From positions 186,001-250,000 of the forward strand of contig CP145422.1 in the NCBI GenBank assembly GCA_036867785.1: DNA of 64,000 bases, given 5' to 3'. The stretch comes from Plasmodiophora brassicae (taxonomy: Eukaryota). The translations under genes were made by a program, and so were the position numbers. Under the pieces are notes generated by a model, which was not told where the DNA came from, made no database searches, and worked only from the letters and a program-made list of their open reading frames with translations. Of this stretch, positions 34,635-48,131 are shown piece after piece; the stretch's first letter is position 1; each line of letters starts with the position of its first letter.

Positions 34635-37373
34635 ATGGCGCCATGGATGTGCAATCTCTGTAGGGACTACGGACTGCCTGGCACTGTGCAACCCGTGCTG
34701 AAAGGTGGCCGATCTTGCAGGTACGTTCGAGAACGAGGACGGCAGTTCGTCGTGCGAAATATGCCTAGCGGATCGCGTCGTGGAGGCTGACGAGGAGGCG
34801 AACGGCAAACAAGAGGCGACGACATGGTCCTGTATGGTCTGCGGTTCTACGCACCCGATAGGGCAGACCGACTGCAACTCGTTTCTATATGGGAAGGCCC
34901 CGGAGCGGCGACCGGTTCGCCTGGACCTGACCCGCATTCCGAAACGCGCTCGGCATGACGACTCGGACGAGTCGTCGAACAGTAGCGAAAACGACGACGA
35001 CGACGACGACGATGCTGAGGCCATGGAGGACGATGCTGGCGATGGGAATGACGATGTCATTTTTTGTCGCATAGAAGAGGTAACCGATGCGCGCACGTCG
35101 TATCCCTTAGTCGGACGCCTGAAGTGCGGCACACCGCACAGGTCCACCATGCGTTCACGGCGTATGAGAACACAGTGGAGCTGAAGCCGGCCAGACAACC
35201 GTTAGGCCTGCTCTTCCAGCTGTACCCTCATCAGAAGCTCGGCCTGGATTTCCTGGAGAAATCGGAAAAGTTCCCAAAGTACCGTGGTTCAATTCTCGCT
35301 GATGATATGGTACGCCGGTTGATGTTACGTTTCTGGGTGGGCTCACTTACACGTTCTGCAGGGCCTTGGTAAAACGGTTCAAAGCATTGCCCTTATCTGT
35401 TCCAGGCCGGCAACCCAGGAGGAACTGGAGACGTACGTCCGGGCGACTCTTGTTGTTTGCCCCGTGTCACTGGCTGACCAGTGGAAGAGCGAGCTCGATC
35501 GAGTCGGTATGTACGCGCCCCCGACAGCACCGTACGTTTTCCGTTGCTGAACAGCCTTTACAGCGCCTCGATTGCGAACCGTAATCTTCCATGGGCCAAA
35601 GCGTGATGGCATACTGAACCGGGCGGTCGGCATGTATGACGTGGTGATAACGACATACAATATTGTCGCTCTGGACGCGCGTACACCAGATAAGTCGGTG
35701 CTTATGACCACGAAATGGCTGCGAGTTATTCTCGACGAAGCCCACCTGATTAAGAACGGATCGTCGAAGTGGAGCCGGGCGTGCTGTGAACTGAATGCCA
35801 AGTACCGTTTGTGCCTCACGGGGACGCCTGTCCAGAACTCGATGCAGGACCTTGGGTCCCTGCTGAAGTTCCTCAGAATTCGACCTTACAACCGCCGTGG
35901 CGTGTTCAGTAAGATCGAGAAACGTTTGCGGGCAATGCAGAAGAAGGGGAACGATACTGGTGCTGCGAAAGCATGGGCTCCGATTGGGCTTCTTCTTCGC
36001 TCGCTAATGTTACGCCGACGCAAGCATGAGGTACCTCGGCAGGGTTTGCCGTATTGTTATTCCCGTTCTTACAGCATTGTCAGGTGCTGCATGAACTTCC
36101 GCCCAGGACAGTCACCACGGTTGTCGAAGAGTTCAGTCCCGAAGAGCTGGAGGTGTACAAGGCAGTCGAGGAGCAGTCGGTCCTTAAGTTCAACAAGTAC
36201 CTCAAGGATGGCACGGTCATTAGGAACAGTGCCAATATCCTCGTGATGATCATGCGGTTACGGCAATGCTGCGATCATCCATCGTTGCTTCCGACCGAAA
36301 AGGGTGACGATCGAGTTCCCGACTCTGAACGGCAACGAGAGGTGAAGCTTTCGCAGCCCATCCTCAGACGGCTTGGCGAAATCGAGGAAGGACAATTCGG
36401 CGTACAGGAATGTGGCATATGTCTCGACGTTGCTACACCGCCCGTCGTTGCTTCATGTTGTGGGAAGATCTCCTGTGCGGACTGCTTCCGTCAGTCGCTT
36501 GAGGTTTGTTGCTTTCTTCGTGCGCTCCCAGGCGTGGGTGATCTCACATGTTTCAACAGGCAACTCATTGCTGCGCGTATTGCCGGGCGAGCCAGGAAGA
36601 TGTCTTGATTGCCACCCTGCACAGTGCTGCCGAGGCGCTCGGTCGACTTGCCGAACTGGAAGCCGGGCTGCCTGCCGATGTCCAGAAGATGCTCCGAGAC
36701 GTGGCCGTCATCCTTGAGAGCACGAAGATTAACAAGCTGATATCCATCCTCGAGGCGACCCGGAAAACGGACCCGAAAGAAAAGACCATCGTGTTCTCCC
36801 AGTTCACGTCGTTCCTCGACCTCATCGAGCCCAAGCTAGCCGAGCGTGGATTCAACTTCGTCCGCTACGACGGGACGCTGAACCGGCAGGAGAAGGGCCT
36901 GGTCATCTCGGAGTTCCACAAGGACGACTCTGTCACCGTTCTTCTTGCATCGCTGAAATGCGCGTCTCTTGGCCTCAACCTGACGTGCGCGCGAAGAGTC
37001 GTCCTCCTCGACATTTGGTGGAACCCGGCAGTTGAGGAACAGGTTCGTCGTATGGTTTCAGATTTTACCAGGTGCCGATTGGCGGCTGATCAATGTTTCC
37101 AGGCGTTCGACCGATGCCACCGACTGGGGCAGACGCGCGAAGTCATTATCACTCGGATCACGATTGCAAACACAATCGAGCAGCGCATCATTGAACTCCA
37201 AGAGTCCAAGCGCATGATTGCACGCGCCGCGTTAAGCGAAGGTATCATCGTAATCGTCCCCATCGATGACGGAATGTCTTCTTACGTGTGTCGCAGGCGA
37301 GTTCAAGTTGCCACCCGCGATGCGTCTTAGCGTCGAGGATTTCAAGCTACTGTTCAGGTCATCGTTCTTCTAG
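34635..37373 (+). CDS. SNF2-family Rad5/Rad16-like helicase with RING finger and N-terminal RanBP2-type zinc finger(s)
   Basis: Spliced WMCNLCTFEN...CEIC; ILADDMGLGKT, LDEAH, LTGTPVQN, RLRQCCDHP, CGIC...SCC...CADC RING, SLKCASLGLNL, WWNP, DRCHRLGQ. Confidence 0.9.
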
Positions 37374-37508
37374 CACCAGTGGGACGATTCTCTTTCGATT
37401 GATTATTGACGATGATTATACATATGCAAATCATTAAATTACGAGAGCACGCCGTCGTGCATAGACCCGTTGACATTATCATCGTTTACAAGTATGCATC
37501 ATATACGA

Positions 37509-38158
37509 TCAGGGCCCGTGCTCGGACATGACAACATCATTGGCGTCCTGTTCCTGCCCCTCTTTGCACTTGTCTTGTAGGTAGTCGTTCTTAAAGAAGA
37601 TCTGTAGAAGGCCGGCCGCCGTCAGGAAAATCGTCGCCAGGACGCCGAATATCAGATTGGTGTTCGCGGCTCCGAATGCTGTTTCGACAATCGTCAACGT
37701 GGGACCGCATCGTCGGCCTTCAAGAGGGGACGCACCGTTCAGCAGCAAAGTTGACACCAAGACCAGCTGACCGACAAGCAGCGTGCCGACGTTGAGCCCT
37801 CCGAAAGAGAACCGCTTCTAGACAAGCCGCCGTCAGCAAGTATTGTCCCGCGTGAGATCTGCCCGAGTGTATACCGTGAACGCCTTCAGCACGTAGATGC
37901 CAAATCCCTGTGAGGGTTCTGGTCAGGTGACTGCTTCCGACACCGATCTCACACACATACCGTGTAAGCAATCAGGACGAGGGTGTACCAGACGCCAGCG
38001 AACTGGACGGCCTGGGTGGGCAGCGTCGACACGGACCCCCAGACGGAGATGCTCTGGGCCATCAGGAAGAACGCGCCGATGCCCCAGATGATGTTCGTGC
38101 TGCGCATCTGGTCAAAGTACCCGAGGTTGACATCGGGGATCATCTCCGCGTCCAGCAT
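37509..38158 (-). CDS. Small multi-pass membrane protein (spliced; 5' end uncertain)
   Basis: Several hydrophobic helices in consecutive minus-strand ORFs separated by intron-like segments. Confidence 0.5.
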
Positions 38159-38714
38159 CGCGACGAGCGCCCCCTGGGACCAGACTGCCCACGTTCAGAT
38201 CCAGCCAGTCACCGTAACGCCCACCGTCCAGATGGCGTGGCGCCCTGCCAGTGCCAGTACTGCCAAGTGGTCACGAAAATCCGTTTTTGCCGACCGTATC
38301 GGGAGCGGCGCCGCCCGTGCGCAGAGTCTGCTCCGACAGGGTTCGCGCATATCACTTCATACAACGAGGAAAACTGACAAGCAGTTCATGAATACATTTG
38401 AACGGATACGCGCTCGTTCCACCCGCGCAGTTCTCGGCACGCTCAGGGAAGGGTATGGTCATGCGATGCGGGCCCGCCAGTTCACCGGGGAGCGCAGCAG
38501 CGCGGTGCCGCTGCTGTGATCAGGCCCCTACCTACCTTCTGTAGGGTATGTACGAATACGTAGGTACGTACGTACGGTACTCGGTGGGCAAGTGCGCCGA
38601 CCTGCGCAGTGGTGCACGGAGATCGACGGTTCAGTGCCGCGAAAGCAGCCGCAGCGGGTCGGTTGCGGGAAATATCGGGCTGGGCGCACGACGACGACCG
38701 AGTACTTACATGTG

Positions 38715-41700
38715 ATGGCCGGACGATTCTCGCTGGCCGACTATGAGCCGCGGCGGTCCGAGCGCCGCGCCGTGCCCGTCGCCCGGTATGGCGACGGCGA
38801 CGACGAGGACGGCGACGGATCGTCCGACGACAGGCCGATGCGGCCGGGCAGTGCGAAACGTCGCGTGACGCAGCGACCGCGTGGGAAGCGGCGGGCGGTG
38901 CTCAGTGACAGCGACGACAGTGACTCGCTGGCGTCATCATCCAGCAACGAGGAGGACTTCGACGAGCAAATGTCCGATATCGATGCATCGGACAGTGATC
39001 AGTCAAGGTCGTGGTTCGCTGTTCGGCAAAGTGCGTCGAGGTTTGCTCTAACGCTGTGGCTGTCCGTCGTTCAGAGAGTCCGATGACGACGGCGATGATG
39101 AGGTCATCGTTCAGAAGCGACGCCCCGCATCAAGGAGGAGGGCGTCGTCGGCGAAGACGAAATACGTCGAGAGCGACGACGATGATGCTGCGAGTCATTC
39201 CGATGACGACGACGTCGATCGATCCAGCCGAAAGGTGGAGCAAGGACCGCAGTTTGAAGAGACTGGCGAGCCTGCCATTGAGAAGGTTGCCGCGTTCCAA
39301 TCGCATACTTGTTCCAGTGCCACTGAGACGTGGCGGTGTAGGTTGTGGACTGGAGACAAGACGACGATGGTGAACGGGAATATGAAGTCAAATGGAAGTT
39401 CAGATCGTACATTCATACGTCGTGGCATACGTACGACGAGTTGATGAACGTCAAAGGGTACCGTCCGGTCATCTGCTCAATGCGACGTGTCCTGAGTTCG
39501 CGTTGTGCAGTTTTCGTATTGCGAAGAACTTCCTGAAATTTGTCGAGGCTCATGAAGCAGTGCTTAGCAGCGGATCCGCTGAGCAACGTGAGCAGAGTAA
39601 TATCGCCCAGGAAATGGCGCGGCAAAAGCGGAAACGATATGAGGTCCCAGAGCGAATACTGACGTCGCGTGTGGACCCATCTACGACCGCGACCCAGTAT
39701 CTTGTCAAGTGGACCGACCTTGGCTATGACGAGTGCACTTGGGAGAATGTGGACGACCTGGTTGACTTTCAGAACCTGATTGATTCGTACCTTGAACGGT
39801 CGCGTTCGCAGTCCCACAAGGTGTCACGAAACGCCTCGTCGAAATCTCGGTTCGAGAAGCTTGAAACGCAACCTGAATGGATGTCCAGTGCTGGTACGGT
39901 TGATCTGCTTCTTGAATTGGTGATGGACGTGTATGTGACGTTGTGCATTAGGGACTCTTCGTGATTACCAGCTGGAAGGCTTGAATTGGATGCTTTTCTC
40001 CCATTTTGAGAGACGAAATGTGATCTTGGCAGACGAGATGGGTCTGGGCAAGACGATTCAGTGCATTAGCTTTCTTGGATGCCTGCACGCCGATCACGGC
40101 ATCCCTGGCCCGTACCTTGTCGTGGTTCCACTGTCCACCATTGCTGCATGGAAGCGCGAATTCTCCAAATGGACGCCATGGATGAACGTTGTTGAGTATC
40201 GCGGGACGAAGGATGCCCGAGCGGTTTGCCGAGACTACGAGTGGTACGGCGAGAACACGGCTGGTGGTTCGTCGAGGAAACCCGCGCCTGCGTTCAACGT
40301 CCTACTCACGAACTATGAGGTCGCCAATAAGGATTTCGAGTATCTGAACCAGTTCACATGGGCGTACCTCCTCATTGACGAGGCCCATCGACTGAAAGAT
40401 GATCAGTCGCTTCTGTATCAGGTCCGGGTGTGGCTCTCCTGCAAACGAAGTGTGTGTCTGACTCTGTCGCGTGTAGACTTTGAAATCTCTGCGCAGCACA
40501 CATCGTCTACTTATTACGGGGACCCCGTTGCAGAATTCTGGTACCTTGTTTGACTTCGTTCTCCAGAACGATTGTGCTTATCCTATATTTTAGTCAAAGA
40601 GCTTTGGTGTCTGTTGCACTTTCTTGATCCGCACAAGTTCTGTTCGCTGCCTGAATTCGAGTCCACATACGGTGGCTTGACAGAGTCGGTGGCCACTGTC
40701 ACGCATCTGTCCAAGCTCCATGACCTTCTGAAGCCGTACCTGCTTCGACGAACGAAATCCGATGTACTCAAGTCGCTACCGTCGAAAACGGAACGAATTC
40801 TACGTGTCGACATGTCCGACATGCAGAAACGATACTATCGATGGGTGCTGACGAAAAATTTTAATGAGCTCAACAAAGGTCTTCGTGGCAACAGCGTTTC
40901 GTCCCTGTCGAACACGATCATGGAACTGAAGAAAGTCGCCAACCACCCGTATCTCTTCGAAAACGCCGAGCTGAAGAATCACGAGAGCACGTTGCAGGTC
41001 TGCTGGTGCTCGTCTCCTTCCACCCTGCTGGGTCTGACGTTGCAACAGGAGTTAACGCGAATGGTCGCCAATAGCGGCAAAATGGTCCTCCTCGACCGGC
41101 TGCTTGATCGGCTATTCGAGACTGGTCATCGTGTCCTGATCTTCTCGCAAATGGTTCGCATGCTTGATATTCTCGCGGATTACCTGGTCCTGAAGGGTTT
41201 CAAATTCCAACGTCTGGACGGGAGCATGAGGAGCGAGGACCGCCAGCATGCCATGGACCACTTCAATGCCGACGGTTCTCCCGATTTCGTGTTTCTGCTG
41301 TCGACGCGCGCCGGCGGGCTGGGTGTTAACCTTGCAACTGCTGACACGGTCATTATATTTGACAGTGACTGGAACCCGCAGAACGACCTGCAGGCAGAAG
41401 CACGTGCTCATCGTATCGGACAGACCAAGACCGTCAACATCTACCGATTTGTGATGAAATCCAGTGTAGAAGAGGACATTCTTGAACGGGCGAAACGGAA
41501 GATGGTGCTTGATCATCTGGTGATCCAGAAGATGGATACATCAGGGCGTGGTGCTCTGACAGACAAGGCTGCCAGCAAGGGCGAACGCAAACAGGCACGC
41601 ATTGACCGGCTCTTCTCGTTGGTCCCACCATCTGAACTTCTTGTTGCAGACGTCACGGGCCCAGTTCGACAAAGAAGAGTTGCTGCGAATCGTCCAGTTT

Positions 41701-43434
41701 GGTGCCAAACAGCTGTTTGAGGAAAGCGAGAACATTACGCTGTCTGACGATGCGGCAGCGAACCCAGCATCTGCGACGACGTCCTTCGATCTTGGTGTGT
41801 CGGCATTGTTCCTCAGCGAACATCTCTCTAACTTGACGTCTGCCTGTAGATGAGATATTGGCTCGTGCGGAAACCACAGATACTGATGGGCAGGATGTCA
41901 ACCAGACCGAGGAATTCCTTTCCGCATTCAAGGTTGCCAACTTCGCTTCGGAGGCGTCCGGCGCCAGCGTAATTCCGCGCGGGTCGACTATCGGCGATTC
42001 CCACTGAATCGGACCGTTTAGGTCGTGGTCAAAGCGAATGTACCTGACGATGAGAAGTCTGGCACGGTGAAGTTCTGGGAGAAGGTCATTCCCGCACATC
42101 TGCGCCCTGCTGCACCGTCGGACCTCCCGGAAGAGCCAATCTACCCCCGTCGGGCGAGACTCGGCAAGGCATTCCTCGACGATGATCGTACTAGGTACAC
42201 CGACGTCTGTTTTACCTTACATCTGACGACACGCCAACAGAGAAGGACGGAGCGCTAAACGGACGATCCACGAAAGGCAAGAAGCGCGACACGCAACGTA
42301 TCGTTCGGCAGGCCGTTCGAGCGCTCATGCAGTTTGGCGATCGGGAGCGCGCCGCTGCCGTTTTACCTGGCGGCGCTGAAGAGAACGGCAAGATCCTCGA
42401 CGAACTGTTGGAAATGTCGGCAGACGCCAAAGAGGCCATCACGTACCATGGCGTCGACGTGGATGCCCCACAGCTTCACCAACGAGTGCTGGACATGGCC
42501 ATACTGAAGCGGCACGTCGATGCTGTCGATAAGCCGTACGAGCGCTTCCGAATGACGGCTCCCGTACGATATTCACTGCTATGTTCTAACGAAATGGTGC
42601 TTACGTGCGGTGCAATGCAGATCCCTTCGGTGCGGTGGAAATGCGCCTGGGGCGTTCGCCACGACTCAATGCTCCTACTGGGTGCTCATCTGTACGGAGT
42701 CGGTGCCTGGGCCGAGATATGTGAAGACCCCAAGCTCGGCATCGGCGAAGTTGTACTCAAGGAGCCTCGGGTCGTTCTGAACTCGCACCTGTCGTCGCGG
42801 TTGCAATCGCTTCTTCGTGCGATGCGTACCCAGGACGACAAGCGCGCCCGAACAACGACGTCGTCGGCGCCCAAGCTGCCACCCGCGAAGAAGGCAAAGA
42901 AGAACCACGTGCGCGTGGATAGCCACTCGAACGCGTCCGCTGTCGATGTCAAGAAGCGGGCGCTTCCGACGGCTGCGACGACGACCGACCTGCCGATCAA
43001 GATCGACCCGAAAGTGACCGATTGGTGCATGGCCGAACTGAAGTCGTCGCAGATCGGCATCATCAAGACGCTGAAGAAGCTGAAGACGATCGACCTCGGC
43101 CAGGGGATCATGTCCGACCCCCGCCCGGTTATCAAGTACCTGTTCCGCGTCGGGGACGCCATCGTTCAGACCGGTGAGTTGTTCGGGACACTGCCGTCTG
43201 TGTACGGTCGACCCTGACGCTTCGCCTTCGTCAGGCAATGAAAACCGCTGCCCACTTGCGCCTGCGCACGTCGTCGAGCACCACCTGTGGCATCTGGCGG
43301 CGCCGTTCCTCAGGACAACGGCGTCGACCCTGTCGAGTCTCTACTGGGACCTGGCCGCCGAGCCCAATGTACATACGCGCCAGACCCAGCTCCTGAGCCA
43401 GTTCGCCGCATCCAGGTCAAGACCGTCATCATAG
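38715..43434 (+). CDS. CHD1: Chromodomain helicase DNA-binding protein CHD1/2
   Basis: Two chromodomains ([31 protein letters not shown]), [55 protein letters not shown]-like [17 protein letters not shown]. Confidence 0.93.
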
Positions 43435-43498
43435 CCGGGCCGCGTTCGTCGTTTCGCTGTCGAAATATATTCCCCAGCAGGAACCTACGCTTGGCGCA

Positions 43499-44317
43499 TT
43501 ACTGGCGTTTCATTCGATCGGCCTTGAATTTGGAGACGCGCCGAACAGGTGCTGGTGGTGGCGGTGGCGCCTGCTCAGGTTGTGGCTCCTGACGGCGCGG
43601 TTGGGCGAAGAACCCATCGAGTTGTGGTTTCGTGCCGGACGCCTGTGCCGCATCGCGCCGCTCGAGCTCGTCGAACCCCAACCGGTTCCAGAACGCCTCG
43701 AACTGTTCGTCGGGGACTGCTGCTGGACGAGCGGGTCGCTGTGCAGCGGGTTCCTGCTGCGTCTTCTCGTCCTCGGTGTCGCTGACGTACTCCTCGCGAA
43801 TATCAACGATGCCGTCCTCCGCCACGCTGACGACACCGGCCCCTGTCGGAGCCGCCACCGACGTCAGCGGTGCGATCAGCTGACGCTGGGCGATCAGTTT
43901 CGCCCGACGGCGTTGGATCAGATCCCGGGCGCCTCGGTTGGTCTTCTCCACAAACATCTATGCAGCATCGTTACGGGAGCCAACAGCAACGCGTGCTCAA
44001 CTGTGCACACGAACACTATCGCCGAGTAGCGCCAGAATGCAATTCGTGTCGCGAAGCTCTGAACGGGTCGGGTGATGAGCGGTCAGAAGCGAACGCGAGG
44101 GGGAAACGCGCGCATACGTCCAGGGATGAACGCGACCTGGCTGATGGGGACGACGATATCATGGGCGGGTTTCCCCATCAATGCTTGGAGCGCGTCGTCC
44201 AGCGCCGCGTACTGCTGGATCTGCGTGTCGATCGCCCGCAGGCGCCGATACGCCCCGCTGCAACAGCAAGCACAGCACACCGTTTAGCAGACACCCGACG
44301 CCCATCTCTGCCGACAT
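43499..44317 (-). CDS. URI1: URI1/Bud27 unconventional prefoldin RPB5 interactor (start approximate)
   Basis: Prefoldin-like HDIVVPISQVAFIPG...ILALLGD...FVEKT...LIQRR; IVDIREE; C-terminal URI box RRVSKFKADR. Confidence 0.82.
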
Positions 44318-44972
44318 TACGCACATGGCATACGGACTCGGCGCAGCGGTCACTTGGTCATCCATCAGTCAGTCCAATCCAGCCACTCCGCGCGGCACGA
44401 AGCGAGATAACAGCGCGCGCGCTCCGCGACTCCGCCCGGCGTTCACCGTGCAGTTCACAGTGGCGGACGTGTTACGTGCCAGCGGGGCACGTCTGCGTGG
44501 AAGGCAAACGTGAAGAAGGCGGTAGCCCTGACCATCGACGGAGTCAGAATACGTCGCGACTGCAGCGGGGGTCAAGCAGCTGCTGCGGTTACGTCAAGTT
44601 GCAGACTCTGCGTTCGTTCCCATCGAAGAGGCCACTGGGAGGCGTCTATGCCGGCGATCAAAGTGCGATGGCGATGGGGCCAATAATCACCACGTACCAC
44701 GTCGTACGTGACCAAGCCGCGCAACAAGGCTAATCAATTGACCTACATCGCAACTCAGGAGAACGAAGCGGATGCTATGACCAAGGCATTGACCAAGGCG
44801 ACGTACGAGAAGCATCTGAAGTTGATCGGCCTGTGAGAACTTGAGGAGGGGTGTCAGGCCACCGTGTCCTGCGTCCGATCGGCCATGGCCAATCTATCGC
44901 GAAAGCTGCCGAGGCAACCTGTACGTACAAATGACGCACGACAACGCGGGGGGAGGGCACGGGTTCGGTTCA

Positions 44973-46157
44973 TTATTGGTGTTCTTGGACAACGCTGAGC
45001 ACGTCTTTCGGGACGACCGCCTCAACGTCGTGAACGAGGAGCGCAATGAGTTCCTCGGTGGGCTTGTTGGACAAGTGGGGACGCGTCGGCGACTGCCCTG
45101 TCCACATCGACAGCAGCTCGTCGCTCCCGGTTCGCCCAGACGCCGCCCGCAGCGGTCGCGTCGCGTAATTCCACAAGGGGAAATCCTCGTAGGGGATCTC
45201 CAATGACCGCGTTTCGTGGATATACCTGTTGATGAACCCTCTTGCTGGCCGACCGGAGAAGGCGTGCGCCAACGTCGTCGGCATATAGTCCACTTGCGCC
45301 TTCAGGAGAGCGTCCCGATGCGGCTCGTCGATCGTGGCCTCGGGGCAAGTGAGGAACGCTGTGCCCATCTGCACGCCGGATGCCCCCAGCAGCAGCGCCG
45401 CAACGATGCCAGGGCCATCGACGATCCCACCGGACGCAACGACGGGGACATGGACGCTCCTCGCAATCTGAGGAAGCAGAGCCAGCGTCCCGATGTTGCT
45501 CTCAGGGCAGCCTTGGTGACGAGCCGGTAAGAACGTGCCGCGGTGGCCGCCCGCTTCGTAGCCCTGCGCGATGATCACGTCGACATTGCGGCTCTCCAGC
45601 CATCTGGCCTCGTCCACTGTTGTCGCTGAGCACAACACGGTGATGCCGCGCTCGTGCAGCCGCTCGATCACGTTGTCGACATGAAGGGGCAGGCCGAAGT
45701 GAAAGCTGACCGCCGACGGCTTCTCCTCCAGGACGGCCTGCAGCGTCGCCTCGTCGAATCCAATGTGGGGCGTGCAGTCTGGCAGCTGCAACGAGTCGAA
45801 TCTGTCCTGCATGTGCATCTCGGCGAAGTACGCGCGCAGGTGCCGCTTGATCCTGCCCAGGCGCGAACGATCGGGCGGCGGCAGCGGATGCGCGAAGAAG
45901 TTGACGTTGACGGGGAAGGACCCGGCCGCCGCACGCGATGGTCGTATCCCCTGTTTCGTCTCGTCGATGCGCGCCCTGACTGCGCCGACGTCCAGCAGGG
46001 CGCACGGCAGCGAACCGAGGCCGCCGGCGTTCGTCGCGGCGGCGGCCATTGCGGGTGAGGAGGACCCCAGCATCGGCGCCTGGATGATCGGTACCCTGAT
46101 GGCAAGGAGCTCGCAGAAGGCGGCAATCCTCGCCTGTGCAGATGCGAACCCAGACAT
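44973..46157 (-). CDS. Nitronate monooxygenase (class I, FMN-dependent), intronless
   Basis: PIIQAPM, VSFHFGLP, IAQGYEAGGHRGTF, VASGGIVDG, FSGRPARG and SMWTGQ motifs. Confidence 0.92.
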   Translation of the reverse strand: MSGFASAQARIAAFCELLAIRVPIIQAPMLGSSSPAMAAAATNAGGLGSLPCALLDVGAVRARIDETKQGIRPSRAAAGSFPVNVNFFAHPLPPPDRSRLGRIKRHLRAYFAEMHMQDRFDSLQLPDCTPHIGFDEATLQAVLEEKPSAVSFHFGLPLHVDNVIERLHERGITVLCSATTVDEARWLESRNVDVIIAQGYEAGGHRGTFLPARHQGCPESNIGTLALLPQIARSVHVPVVASGGIVDGPGIVAALLLGASGVQMGTAFLTCPEATIDEPHRDALLKAQVDYMPTTLAHAFSGRPARGFINRYIHETRSLEIPYEDFPLWNYATRPLRAASGRTGSDELLSMWTGQSPTRPHLSNKPTEELIALLVHDVEAVVPKDVLSVVQEHQ

Positions 46158-46311
46158 CCCGCCCTGCAAGCTCCCGCTTGCGTACGTACCACACGACGTC
46201 GTCGTCGTCGTGCGCACAAAGTGGTACCACCACGTTGGACGCTCGTCGGTATATGACGCAGTGCGCTAATATTTGCGTGGCCGTGCGACGCCCCGTTCGT
46301 GTAGGTCAATG

Positions 46312-46632
46312 CTATGCGACGCCCGCGGAGCCCTGCTCTGGCTTGCGCTGCAGGAGGATGCCTTGCAGGAGGCTGTCGTCGCTCTTGACCGGGGCGTCGC
46401 TCTTCTGCGTTTCGCTGAGGACCCGTTCGATGCGGTGCACGGTCTTGGCGTCGACGCCGTGGGTCGGCTCCGGCAGGTGCATTTCAGGGATGAGATCGAG
46501 GTCGCCGTGCATCGGGTGCAGGTGCGGTTTCCGAATCGGCATCACGTCGGTCTTGCTGCGCGCCGGGCGCTGGCCGCCGCCGCCGTCCGCGTTCCCCCCG
46601 AACGTCTCCGACTGCGAACGTGACGGATCCAT
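46312..46632 (-). CDS. Small hypothetical protein
   Basis: ATG-initiated ORF with plausible GC3-rich codon use; no recognisable motif. Confidence 0.35.
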   Translation of the reverse strand: MDPSRSQSETFGGNADGGGGQRPARSKTDVMPIRKPHLHPMHGDLDLIPEMHLPEPTHGVDAKTVHRIERVLSETQKSDAPVKSDDSLLQGILLQRKPEQGSAGVA

Positions 46633-46990
46633 CGTCGTCGGCCCCGAGCAGTACCGTACGGTGGCCAGCGACCGAATCGGGACGATCGCCCCCCAGTCAC
46701 CCACTGCACTGACGCTGTACTACCACGACGACAGATACGGTAGGCAGTACAGTAGTAGCCTGTGTCGGTGCAGCCCGGCTCCAGCGAGCACCCGGGCACA
46801 GCAGATCCAGGCAACGCTCGCCCTGAACAGGATCAGGTTCCCAACCAGGATCGTGTCTCGAGTCGGCACTACAGATACGATACGATCGTCAAACTGAGTT
46901 AACACTGCGCCTCTGTGGGGTCCTCGTCGGCACACCTGATACTGTGCCTGCACTGCCTCTTTTATTGGTACGGCTTCGCGATGTCTGAAG

Positions 46991-47854
46991 TTAATTTCCT
47001 GGGCACGGGCGTTTGTTGATGTTGCCGTTGCCGTTGTTGTTGGAGGTGTTGGTGATATTGGCGCTTTCGGAACGGGTGGTGTTGGCAGGGGCAGCGCTGG
47101 TCCCGGCAGGCGTACTGGCGCCTGGAGCATTGTTCGTGGCACAGCGGCTGCGGCACTGAGCAAGGAGGTCGGCTAGAGGGTTCCCCTGCGAGTTGGCTTG
47201 GGCTGCTGACTTTAGGGCGGCTGCCTCCTGCGCTGACACCCCAAACTGCGACGCGATGTCGGCCGCACTGAACTGGAGCAGGTTCGCCTCTGGGAAGATG
47301 TCCTCGCCGCGCACCGTGGGCAGCACCTGCAGGACCTCCGATGGACGGCAGTCCAAGTTCGCCTCCCAGAAGACCCTGCAGGATCAGACGTTAGCGGATT
47401 CCGGCGCTGCGAGAACGCCATTCCGGGCTGACATTCCGGGCGGGAAGAACGTCCCGCGTTCGTTCTGGACCGAGTTCAGCACCTTGCCCTTCCCGTTCTG
47501 GATCACGCCGACCGAGGTGTTCCCAGTTAGACCAAGGGTGTAGACGGCGTGCTGCGGGGCCACGTTCGGCGTGTTGGCAGAGCACGGCTGCATCCGGATG
47601 TTGCGGTGCTGGACCCGCTCCAGCTCGTACAAGGTGTCCAGCACCGGCATCTCCTTCACTGTGACCTGCCGGACCTGAACGCCGTTCTGGTTCACGACCG
47701 GGGCCCTGCCCGTCAGGTTGACGGCCATGTCCTGCACCTGGAACCGCTGCCGGTTCTGGAGCCGCGATATCGTAACGGGACCCTGTGCCAGGCAGAGCCC
47801 GGAACAGGCCGACAGTACTGCCAGGGCAATGTACACCCGCGTCATGATGGACAT
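46991..47854 (-). CDS. Secreted germin/spherulin-like cupin lacking metal ligands
   Basis: Signal peptide; PCSANTPNVAPQHAV in place of PHxHPRATE; spliced FFPPGMVFWEANLDC; CRSRC motif shared with neighbour; Asn/Thr-rich tail. Confidence 0.72.
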
Positions 47855-48131
47855 ACGTGTGTGTGTGTGTCCTCGGCTTGGGCCGCGATTTGGAGAATGG
47901 TCCGCCACATGGGCACACCTCGTGTTGCAGAAACACGGATCGGATGTACAGGTCGACCAGAACATCCGAGAACCTTCAACTCTGTACTGCAGCCAGCCCA
48001 GACCAGTCCTGTTTGTTCTGGATATTCGCAGAACCTGCCGGTTGGTCTCGGTGGATGACTGCTTCGATCTCGCGTTGGCGCCTCATAACTCAATCCGGGC
48101 AATTGTCCATTTCAAGCAGCAAACAAGGACC

